Assembly (NCBI GenBank): GCA_043228905.1
Contig: JBHGNT010000830.1
Location: 1 to 14,909 of the forward strand
Direction of reading: 5' to 3'
DNA: 14,909 nucleotides
From: Azolla caroliniana
Lineage: Eukaryota > Plantae > Polypodiophyta
The position numbers were made by a program, and so were the translations under genes. The notes beneath the pieces were generated by a model. It had not been told where the DNA came from. It did no database searches and was given only the letters and a program-made list of their open reading frames with translations. Of the stretch, positions 1 through 8,677 are shown piece by piece. Positions within the stretch are counted from its first letter, which is position 1. Each line of letters starts with the position of its first letter.

Positions 1-1094
1 AAGTTGTGCTACATGTCGATAAATCTCTTGGACTATCTTGTTGATCCGAAGATGTTGTGGGTTGTGCTCCGAATTGTTAATGGACATTTCAAGTAATGTC
101 TAACAACACAAACATGGTAAACTCCCTCCCCTCTTTTTATTATTAGTATGTCTTTGAGTGTGCTAATAAGTAAATGGCAATGAGGAGCTTTAACTTTTAA
201 CTCAAATTTATTTATTTTACAATTAATCATTTTGAAAACATGTTCAACTAAATATATATTCCCTCATCTTTAACTTTTGATGAGCACAAATACCTTAATG
301 AACGTGAAAAAAGAAAAAAAAGAAAAACCTTAACGAACGTTTATATCATGGGGCGGCCAATATATAAAGTTGCTTAACATAGATACTTTTTGAACGGTTT
401 AAGTGTATTTAAGTTGTTGTATTCCACGTAATTAAACCAGGATTTGGGTCCCTATTCAAGATTCTTCTTTATATGATAAAGGACTACAATACTAGCTTTC
501 CATTTAATATATGTGAGTGCATGGATAATGCAACCATCACAAAGTGCATGCACATGCATAGACCTCCATCTCAAACAACAATAAAGGCATACCAAGAGTT
601 TGTCTATGCACAACAAGAGTATGGAGACCAAAACAAAATGCATTATATATACCTTACCTAAGAGTATAGTTTTCTTGAACTACTTACCACCTAACTACTT
701 TTGCACAGTTAGAAGAAGTTGGTGAAAGTTAAACTGACAAAGTATATATGTAAATGCATGAGGTGGAGTGAGCATTATAAGTACATCACAATATTTAATC
801 CAACAAAGATGAAAATCGATGACACTTACACAGAATAAAGAAAATGGTAAGAACTTATGTATATATACTCACATTTTTTATGCATGCATTAGCGTTGTGG
901 AATTCAACATGCAAGAAGATGCAGGCACTTAAAATTATATGCTAAAAAAATGATGGGGACATGATGACAAAAGGATATGCTTCATAAGAATTCCACCATA
1001 GCAAAGTAAATCGAGCAATATTCAAGAATAATATTTTAAAAGAGAAAATGGAGTGATAGAGCCAACACATAGTTTGGGAGATTACATTAGAACA

Positions 1095-1104
1095 TAAATA
1101 TAAG
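1095..1104 (+). promoter_or_regulatory. Possible TATA box of the DUF599 gene
   Basis: TAAATATAAG about 90 nt upstream of the ATG. The position is plausible, but the AT-rich background makes it weak evidence. Confidence 0.25.
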
Positions 1105-1189
1105 TGTTGCATGTGACTAGGTCTAGTGTTTGGTTTGTTTGACTAAGGTATATTAGGAATTAGGAAAGAGCGTAGGTTTTATAAGACCA

Positions 1190-1372
1190 ATGGGTTCAGG
1201 GACAAGGTGGATTAAGGAGTACGAGTTGGACGTAGTATTGGTGCCCCTAGGTTTGTTTCTCTTGGTTGTGTACCATGCAAAGTTGGGCTATAGGATGTGG
1301 ACGGCTCCTACCACAACCATGGTTGGACTCAACAAGGTCATCATGCAATCATGGGTGCACACCACATTGAAG
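1190..1372 (+). CDS. DUF599-family membrane protein, exon 1 (61 codons)
   Basis: ATG at 1190. Translation MGSGTRWIKEYELDVVLVPLGLFLLVVYH...PTTTMVGLN...W...LK matches the plant DUF599 N-terminus as I recall it (LDxxLVPxG...YH...P..T.IG.N...W). It ends at the AAG|GTAAAA donor, phase 0. Confidence 0.88.
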
Positions 1373-1478
1373 GTAAAAGGAAAAAAAACACAAAAAACAC
1401 AAAATTCTATTATTCGAATCCTAACTTAATTCCTTCCGTTTCCGTTTCCGAACAAATCATGATTCCGATATCTTGTAG
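1373..1478 (+). other. GT-AG spliceosomal intron (106 nt, phase 0) of the DUF599 gene
   Basis: Donor AG|GTAAAA at 1373, branch-point-like CTAAC at 1421-1425, acceptor TCTTGTAG|G ending at 1478. Splicing joins ...TTLK to DGHKNGVFMVQTMRN in frame with ORF 1497..2126. Confidence 0.87.
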
Positions 1479-2126
1479 GATGGTCACAAGAATGGGGTGT
1501 TCATGGTACAAACCATGCGAAATAGTATAATGTCTTCGTCGTTGTTGGCGTTCGCGGCCATGACCATGACCTCGATGGTTGGCTATGTGTTGGCTTACTA
1601 CCGGAAGAGTTTTGTGAACCCGCAGGGAGGCGGGTTGCAGTTCGGAGACCGCCACTTGGCAGTGGCACCCCCACTTAAGCTCCTCGCTGTGCTCCCCTGT
1701 TTCTTGGTGGCCACATTGTGCTATGTACGATCCGCGACCTTCTACAACAACGCGAGTTTCCTGATGATCACAATGCCCACGTCCGATTCAACCATGAAAC
1801 CGACAGACGCCGCGGCCACTCACCTCACGGAGACACTCGTGTGGGCAGCCATCTTCCGATCGGTGGGAACACGTGCTTTCTTCTTCTCCCTACCACTCCT
1901 TATGTGGCTCTATGGGCCCATCCCTATGTTTTGCACTTCCCTTGTCACCCTTCTCTTCCTCAAATCGCAAGACTTCGCTCCCGTTCACAAGCGGAAACAA
2001 TGTCAAGTTCGCCGCGCTTACTCCTCCATCGACTCCACGTTCCGTCGGGCCGATGCATCCCCCCTCATCGTAAACTTGGGACCCTTACCAAGGGATTCCA
2101 CTTGCCTTTTTTGTCCCCATGTCTAG
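1479..2126 (+). CDS. DUF599-family membrane protein, exon 2 (215 codons plus stop; whole protein 276 aa)
   Basis: Contains family motifs VQTMRNSIMSSSLLA (cf. VQTLRN.IM.STL.A), LKLLAVLPCFLVA, VGTRAFFFSLPLLMWLYGPIPMF (cf. G.R.FY...PLLLWIFGP..MF) and QDF. Several hydrophobic segments. GC/CpG-rich relative to the flanks. Stop TAG at 2124-2126. Confidence 0.9.
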   Translation, partial: DGHKNGVFMVQTMRNSIMSSSLLAFAAMTMTSMVGYVLAYYRKSFVNPQGGGLQFGDRHLAVAPPLKLLAVLPCFLVATLCYVRSATFYNNASFLMITMPTSDSTMKPTDAAATHLTETLVWAAIFRSVGTRAFFFSLPLLMWLYGPIPMFCTSLVTLLFLKSQDFAPVHKRKQCQVRRAYSSIDSTFRRADASPLIVNLGPLPRDSTCLFCPHV

Positions 2127-3684
2127 GATGCTTATCCTTGATAATTCACAAAAGTTAATTTATAAACTTACATGAATCTCCAAGTAGAATTTGTTTGGTT
2201 ATAGGCCAAGTTACCTTCTTGACCTAATATTCGTCAAGTGTTGTTTGTTTTTTCAATTGTAACTTATCTCCCTCCTGAGAAGCACCTCAATGTGAGGTAA
2301 AAAGTTCCTAGGAAAAGAATGAATCATCACTTATAAATATGCCATGTGTATAATAGGGTATTTCACTATGCTTGAAGAAGTTCTGAAAGTTGTACATCCG
2401 ACTTGATTATATAGTAGCCTTAGCGTTATTTACAATTTAATTCTAACAAGATGACATTCAAATTTTATATCATGAGTTGGATTGCGTTGATTTCCACCAT
2501 ATTATTAAATAATTGTGCATATAATACTAATTAAGTATATGCTATTGTGTCTTTGTCAACATGTTCATTCGGCTCACAATGCTATATGTACATGAGACAG
2601 ATTACACATTTAAACGATTTCAATCAACAAATATCTAGCTGGAAGAAAGGGGGATTCATTTCGATATTCAACATACACTTCACTTGCAATGGCTTATAAC
2701 CTACAATATGCCCCACATTGAGCTAATAATAGGACACGGGTTATGTTTTTTTGATTCTCATCAATACTCATGCCACTGACAATAGCTTACAAGTAACACT
2801 TACCTTTAGGATAAAAAGATCTTTTGTCCCTAGGCAAGTGTGAAACACAACCTTGCATTCACATATAACAATATAATTTTGTAAAGAGATTCTAAAAATT
2901 AGCCAAATTTGTGGATCTTGGCGAGGGGATCTTATACTTTTAGCGTCTACTTTTTTAATCCTTTAATCTTATATTCTTGATTGAGTAGATGAGATCAACA
3001 ATATTTTTGAACTTGTACTTTGAGACTTTTGAATTCTTTGAGTGCTCAACGAGCCTTGTAGTAAATCTAGTTATATTCTTCATCACCCAAATGGTTAAAA
3101 GTTTTAAGTGGATTCACTTAGACCAAGCACTATAGCTGAAACTCAAAGTAGTTTGATGGCTTCTTCTCCCTATCTCGCCAACAAGAACAAAGACAGTTTG
3201 TTAAGACTCGACTCCCGACCTCAAACCTGCACGAAGTACAAATACGGATCAAATAAACACTTTGATAGGATTACACTCCTTGACCCACAATGTTTGGGTG
3301 CCATTGTGAGGAATACAACAACTACTTGAAGGATCGGAAGAACTTTTCGTAAGCTATCAACGATGGTGACAATGCTTAATTGAAGAAAGATGAGAACATA
3401 GTACAACTTTCCAACTCTGAAGCCAATTGACAAGTAACAATAGAATTGAGTGGGTCCAATGAGCAAGGAGAAGAATCGGTGAATGGATCACATGAGTGGG
3501 TGAATAGAGAGATGCATGGATAGATGAGACTCCAAAAATGCCAACCAAGCTAAACTGGAAGAAATATGAGTGCTTGTTGCAACAATAGTCATTGGTGAGT
3601 ATGAGCAATGATTTTCTCAATTCCTGATACTAGATCTGATCGGAATCTTGACAACATTTTATCACTTATATGAGACAAAAATTA

Positions 3685-4199
3685 TGTTGTGCAAAATTAT
3701 TCAAAGAAAACAACAAAATATGCACGATACACCACAAATTTTTAACGTGTAAAACTCTCAAGGAGGTAAAAAACCTCAAGACCTAGTCCACAAATAATTC
3801 ACTATCAACATAAAACTTGTACACCAAAGTTCTACTCTAAACAAGTTAGAGTATTATGTAAAAAGGAATGTTCAATTTCCTCTAACAACTAAACCAAACT
3901 AACAAGATACAAAAAACCACCAAAGACTCACAACACATGGCTAGTGACAGAGGCAGTGATGTTTGAATGTCGGTGTTCAATTGTTTATACAAGAGCGTTG
4001 ATAAAGCATGCCAAGAAGGATAGTATTACTCTCCAAAATTTAAAAAATGCTGGTTTTTTCCCTTTACCTCACTTTCAAAAGTGACCACAGATGTGTAAAT
4101 AATCTAAGTGTGACCACTTTTCACACTATATTCAAAAATAAAAAGAGTTGGACATCCAGGGCCCATCTACACACCAAACAGTGGCTAGAAATGCTAATA
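3685..4199 (-). repeat. 3' LTR of the copia element (about 515 bp)
   Basis: On the + strand it starts TGTTGTG (3685) and ends ...CTAATA (4199; CA mutated to TA), one base from the PPT. It contains TTAACGTG.AAAAC...AAAAAACC and TTCACTAT, which resemble reverse-complemented Tork-type LTR U5 motifs. The left boundary is less certain because there is no partner LTR. Confidence 0.7.
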
Positions 4200-4200
4200 A

Positions 4201-4210
4201 TCTCCCCCTC
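4201..4210 (-). other. Polypurine tract (GAGGGGGAGA)
   Basis: + strand TCTCCCCCTC lies between the pol stop codon (4244-4246) and the LTR, the canonical copia PPT position. Confidence 0.85.
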
Positions 4211-4243
4211 TAGCCACACAAGGAGAAGTTTTCATTCAGCAAA

Positions 4244-6002
4244 TTAGTTTGTGTTCAATCTAGCAAGCTTGACACATAGTACAAGTTTTTCTTTAGAGAT
4301 CGCCTTCGTCAACATGTCAAAAACATTATCATACGTGTGAATTTTCTCGAGTTGTGGCAATTGGTCTTCAATAGCCAAGCGTAGCCAAATGATACCTCAC
4401 ATCAATATGTTTCGTGTGAGAATGATACCTCAAATCGATTGCACTTTGACTGTCAGAAAAGATCACATAAGTTAGTTGATTTAAACCCAATTCCAAAACA
4501 AACCTTTTTCATCCAAAGCATCTCTTTGGTAGTTTCAGTGGTTGTGATATATTCTAATTTTGTAGTAGACAAAGCAACACACTTTTGTAACTTAAATTGC
4601 CATGATATGGATCCCCTTACAAATGTAAATAGGTAAGTGGAAGTAGATTTTCTCCCATCAAGATCCTTTGCCATGTCTACATTTGAAAAACCTTCAAGAA
4701 ATGGTTTAGTATCTCCAAAACATAAACATAGTTGGGATGTACCTCTTAAATACCTAAAGATCCGTTTTATGGCATCCCAATGAGACTTACCAGGATTGGA
4801 GATATATCTACTTACAACACTAACGACATGGGCGATATCTAGCCTTCTACTAACCATAGCATACATCAAGGAACCAATTGTTGAAGAGTAAGGAATTGAA
4901 GACATCTCTTCTTTTTCTTGCTCAATATGTGGACAGTCTTATCTACATAAATTGAAATGATCAGCAAGAGGGGTACTTATCGGTTTGCACCTATCTAGTA
5001 CTCATTCTATGTATTTTTCTTGAGAAAGCCACAATTTCCCACATTCCCTATTGCAAGTAATTTTCATGCCTAAAATATTTTAGCATGTCCTAAATGTTTC
5101 ATGTGGATAATAAAAACTTTTAACTTAGATAGGTCCACTTTTAACTTGTGGATCATGTCTACATCTTGTCCAACAATTAGCATATCATCAACATACAATA
5201 AGAGAATAATAAAATTACCTTCAGAAAAGTGTCAAACATACACACAATAATTTCCATTATTCTTGGTGTGGTTTTGACTTTTGTGCCATTGTTTGGTGCT
5301 TGTTTTAGGCCGTCAAGTCTCTTTGTCAGCTTACATACCATAGGCTCCATGTTAAAACCCTTTCTCTTTGAAACCCTTCAGTTATTCCATGTCGATCTCT
5401 TCTATCAGGTCTCCATGCAAGAAAGTGGTTTCACATCAAGCTACTCAATCTCAAGATTTAAACTAGCTGCCAAACCTTAAATAACTCGAATAGAACTCAT
5501 TTTCACTATTGGTGAGAAAATTTCTTTTGGTCGAAACCTTTCACAACTAAACGAATCTTATGTTTTACAAGGTTACCATCACCTTGTTTCAACTTGAATA
5601 CCCATTTATTTTTCAAGTTTTTTCTTCCCTTAGAAAGTTCCACTAAATCAAATGCATTATTTTTCTTTAAAGAGTTCATTTCATCTTGCATGGCTTTTAT
5701 CCAATTATTCTTATCCGTATGCTTTAAAACATTATAAAACCTTTTTGCCTCCCCCTCATAAGAGATTAAGACATAATTGAACTGGGATACCTCATAGACG
5801 ATTGTCGTTCTCTAGTAGACGTTCTAGTATGGTGATGAACCGCCACTTGTAAGAAAGTTTGTTCCACTGGCTCAATGCTTGTCTGTGGTAAAATAACATC
5901 GTGATTAGCTTCAACCCTATTATCTATAATTCCTAGTTCATCAATATCCTCATTGTCTTCGTCTTGTTGGGAAACGTTGTCGTAGTGTAAGTTGCACACT
6001 AT
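4244..6002 (-). pseudogene. copia pol remnant: linker, reverse transcriptase and RNase H (frameshifts and stops)
   Basis: Motifs in order: RTSTRERQSSMRYP linker; AMQDEMNSLKKN...KNKWVFKLK...RLVVKGF; LYVDDML (YVDD at 5184..5195); IPYSSTIGSLMYAMVSRRLDIAHVVSVVSRYISNPGKSHW; RNase H FSNVDMAKDLDGRKST...SWQFKLQKCVALSTTKLEY; KHIDVRYH near 4390-4410; stop TAA at 4244-4246. Confidence 0.92.
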
Positions 6003-6062
6003 GTGGAAATTATATTTTTGTCCCTCCGGATAGAGAATGGAGTGCTCGGTGAGAACCGGAAG

Positions 6063-6130
6063 AAAACGGCATACCGGCAAGGAGGAAAAACGGCATACCG
6101 GCAAGGAAGAAAACGGCATACCGGCAAGGA
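6063..6130. repeat. Three-copy tandem repeat, 21-bp perfect core AAAACGGCATACCGGCAAGGA (period 24 then 23)
   Basis: Identical cores at 6063-6083, 6087-6107 and 6110-6130, separated by GGA and AG. Confidence 0.95.
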
Positions 6131-6156
6131 AGAGCCGGATAAAGAGACATAAATGT

Positions 6157-6252
6157 AAAAAGAAAGGAAATACTCACTACTGCGCAGGGCATGATTCGAA
6201 CTCTGCACCTCCACGTTGACAAACCCCAACCTTACCATTACATTAACTTATC
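6157..6252 (-). other. tRNA-derived / SINE-head-like sequence with Pol III A-box, B-box and T-run; not an intact tRNA
   Basis: The minus strand reads TAATGTAATGG (A-box-like, 6245-6235), TT-GTC-AA (anticodon-loop position, GTC at 6220-6218), GAGGT, GAGTTCGAATC (B-box-like, 6203-6193) and TTTTT (6161-6157). The A-to-B spacing is tRNA-like, but the stems pair poorly. Confidence 0.55.
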
Positions 6253-6792
6253 TTAAGTGTTTTAAATATAGATTTAATACGTATAAGACCTTTATTTATG
6301 CATACCTTTATTAAAAGGTAAATCGTGTATTTTTTTTAATATATGAAAAAGAAAAACACGAGACACTAAAAATAACTCATGCACATCTAGCGTGCATGAG
6401 CCCTATACTTAGGAAATAAAAAAGCATCACATACACATTTAGTGGACATGAACACTTTTTGTAAAAAACAAAAAGCATGAAGCCATGCTTAGCTCTTCCT
6501 CCCTTATATAAGGAGGAGAGAAATATGTAAAGGGTTGTTGATTATTTGGATTAAGTATTAATCAATACAAAAATTATTCGTGGGATTCACGATTTATACA
6601 TCTACTTCTCTCCTAACACCCTAAGTACCAATTAATATAGTATACTCGTGTGATTCACGAGTTTCTTATCTTTCTCTTCGCTATTTATTCATAATTAATC
6701 TCTATCTCACGAACTTCTTTCTCTTAGTCCAAGACCTCTGTGGTTCCCACCCGACTCACGCAACGATCCGGAGCCGAAAGGCACGACAACGT

Positions 6793-7210
6793 CTATATAT
6801 GTAGCACCTTCGGTTGTAGGAATCATGTCAAAATCAATAGGACCACCATATATTTGAATGTTGGATCCTTTTACCTTTTCAATGTCTTCAATGGTTTGAC
6901 TCAACAAATACTACATCATGACTTTGAATAAGTTTCCTTTCTACTAGGTCATAACATCTATAACCAAACTCATCTTAGCCATACCCAATAAAGATACATT
7001 GTTTAGATTTAACATCTAACTTAGACTTTTCATCTTTAGGTACATGCACAAAGCATTTACGATCAAACACACATAAATGATCATAGGAAACATCCTTACT
7101 ATACCAAACTCTTTTTAGGAACATTGCCTTGCTATGCAACAATAGGAGATAGATTAATAACATATGCAACAGTACTGAAGGCCTCACCCCAATAAGATTT
7201 GGACAAGTTC
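6793..7210 (-). pseudogene. copia pol remnant: integrase C-terminal region
   Basis: NLSKSYWGEAFSTVAYVINLSP at about 7210-7145, then VWYSKDVSYDHLCVFDRKCFVHVPKDEKSKLDVKSKQCIFIGYG (ORF 6975..7187), then SQTIEDIEK. These are all Tnt1-like motifs. Confidence 0.9.
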
Positions 7211-7385
7211 ACGTCTTATTAATACCACTCTCTCGATTTTAGTAATTTCAACCAAGTATTGGATATATCAATGGGAAAATTGTTAGTTAGCAACACTATT
7301 TAGGTGTGTGTGTATGGGCCCTAGATGCCAAAATACTCACACTTATATGCATTTACATATTGTGGTGTGCATGTGTTCCTTTGTG

Positions 7386-7479
7386 CCACCCTTTTAGCAC
7401 ACCCTATTTAGCATACATGTAGCTAAGCCAACCCACCCTTTTAGCACACCCTTTTTAGCACGCATGCAACTAAGCCAAC
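7386..7479. repeat. Two-copy 47-bp tandem repeat with an internal CACCCT(T/A)TTTAGCA-type subrepeat
   Basis: 7386-7432 versus 7433-7479 are 42/47 identical by my count. Confidence 0.9.
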
Positions 7480-7829
7480 CCAAATGGGTACCTTTGTATC
7501 TACTATCAACTATAAATTGAGCAAGAAGTAAGAAGCTAAGTAGGTTGGTTTTGATCTCTTTAGGTGCATTTCACATATTGGTGGAGACATAGGGTAAAAC
7601 TTTAGCCCCAAATCTCTATCGTTGCCTCTGACACCGATACCCCTATGCAGCTTGAGTTCCCGCAACCTCAAGAGCGGCAACCCCACTTCCAAATGGAGCA
7701 GCTCTTGCAAGTCCTCTCCAACGTGATGCTTCAAATCAAATCTTGAAACTAACCTCTAGGGTGTTGATGGAAGAGCCACCCCCCCACGTCCAAGCGTCCG
7801 CCTCTTCCGCTTCGCAAATATGCACTACT

Positions 7830-8677
7830 CTCGCCACCATCAATCACTCTACTCACACCATCTTGTTAGACTCTGGTAAATTATAGTATCTCTTCCATTA
7901 GTGCCGCCTTAGTTCACCAGTTAGGCCTCCTGACATCCGTTGCTCCCTCCATCCAAGTCCTTTTTGGCAATCACCAATATCTATACCACTCTTGTACACA
8001 AGCCCATTGCACCATCACCCCAAGAAATCTCACTTTCTCACACCACTTTTATTTCTTGCCCCACAACTCTTCCCCCTCACCTTAGGTTGCGATTGGTTCC
8101 TCAAGGATCGCGTTATAGTTGATTTCATTGCCCACCAACGTCTTGTCCCACGAGCTCCCCCGATCCCCCTCCTACAAGGTAACCCCCCTGTCCCCCACCT
8201 CAGCCAAGTCCAGGTGGCCCTCAGTCCACAGGAGCAATTGATCTCCATCCACCAATTGTTAGCTCATTTTCCGTCACTAGCCCTCCAACCCACGCATGGT
8301 CCTATTGTCTCTTTCGTGGTACAACATGCTATTCGTACCGGCGACACCATTCCCATCCTCAGACAAATGGCCTCACCGAACGCCTCAACAAGACCCTGAA
8401 GCAAGAGATTGCCACTTACATCGATCCATGCTACAAAACCTGGGATCAAATCTTGCATTTCGTCAGCCATGCCTACAATACATCCATACAAGCATCAACA
8501 CGAATCAACCCTTTTCAAGCACTCTATGGGCGCGATCCTCGCCTCCCACCAGAATCTTCCATTGATGTCCATTCCAAACCTACCAACATGGCATTGAACC
8601 AGAATGGTTCAACACTAAGCAGAGCTTCCACTTATATAGCACACCTAAGAACACCACTTGGCAAACATGCCATTTGA
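7830..8677 (+). mobile_element. Ty3/gypsy pol remnant: aspartic protease and pre-RT linker joined to the integrase C-terminal half (RT/RNase H deleted)
   Basis: LATINHSTHTILLDSG (DSG at 7869-7877), LGCDW (8082-8096), VQHAIRTGDTIPI (8319-8357). From 8354, in another frame: HPQTNGLTERLNKTLKQEIATYIDPCYKTWDQILHFVSHAYNTSIQASTRINPFQALYGRDPRLP. Markedly C-rich versus the flanks. The C-rich DNA from about 7600 may be gag. Confidence 0.85.

Larger units (their letters stand above)
6002..6792 (+). mobile_element. About 790-bp nested insertion, probably a solo LTR, interrupting the copia INT-RT linker
   Basis: Non-copia sequence flanked by a direct repeat CTAT (5999-6002 and 6793-6796). Removing it restores the in-frame copia reading ...TTEGATYI|VCNLHYDNV. 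It begins TGTGGAAAT, has TATATAA at 6505-6511 and ends ...GCACGACAACG. Orientation is inferred from LTR-like architecture. Confidence 0.72.
3685..7210 (-). mobile_element. Degenerate, 5'-truncated Ty1/copia LTR retrotransposon (Tnt1/Tork-like) with a nested insertion
   Basis: Minus-strand order is integrase C-terminus (7210..6800), RT (about 5700..4900), RNase H (about 4690..4244), PPT (4201..4210), LTR (3685..4199). This INT-RT-RH order is diagnostic of copia. gag, protease and the 5' LTR are absent. Confidence 0.92.

Noticed and set aside
33-661. Short ORFs upstream of the gene and a minus-strand purine tract near 121-135
   Set aside because: No motifs or codon signal. The purine tract has no associated pol or clear LTR.
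1190-1429. 79-aa ORF as a stand-alone gene
   Set aside because: It is exon 1 reading through into the A-rich intron. The spliced model explains both ORFs.
1718-2158. 146-aa alternative-frame ORF (also 1873..2073, 1297..1530, 1410..1655) overlapping the DUF599 gene
   Set aside because: Shadow ORFs of a GC-rich exon, with no recognisable motifs.
3108-3640. Short ORFs (3108..3329, 3221..3466, 3357..3620) and a PBS-like CTGATACTA at 3624-3632
   Set aside because: IGFRVGKLY faintly recalls copia pre-integrase, but no WHxRLGH motif follows. The PBS match is short, mismatched and not adjacent to the LTR end.
6063-6130. CRISPR-like array
   Set aside because: The repeats are separated by only 2-3 nt, there are no spacers or cas genes, and the context is eukaryotic.
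5999-6238. Repetitive peptides (CRYAVF, GMPF, RHTGKE) in several frames
   Set aside because: Translations of the 23-24-bp tandem repeat, not genes.
6180-6252. Functional tRNA-Asp(GTC) gene
   Set aside because: The acceptor, D and anticodon stems do not pair properly. Only the promoter boxes and spacing remain.
7273-7300. GGGAAAATTG... as a Mutator-like terminal inverted repeat
   Set aside because: No inverted partner or 9-bp TSD was found in the window.
7510-8597. Multiple short overlapping ORFs on both strands
   Set aside because: Shadows of the C-rich gypsy remnant.
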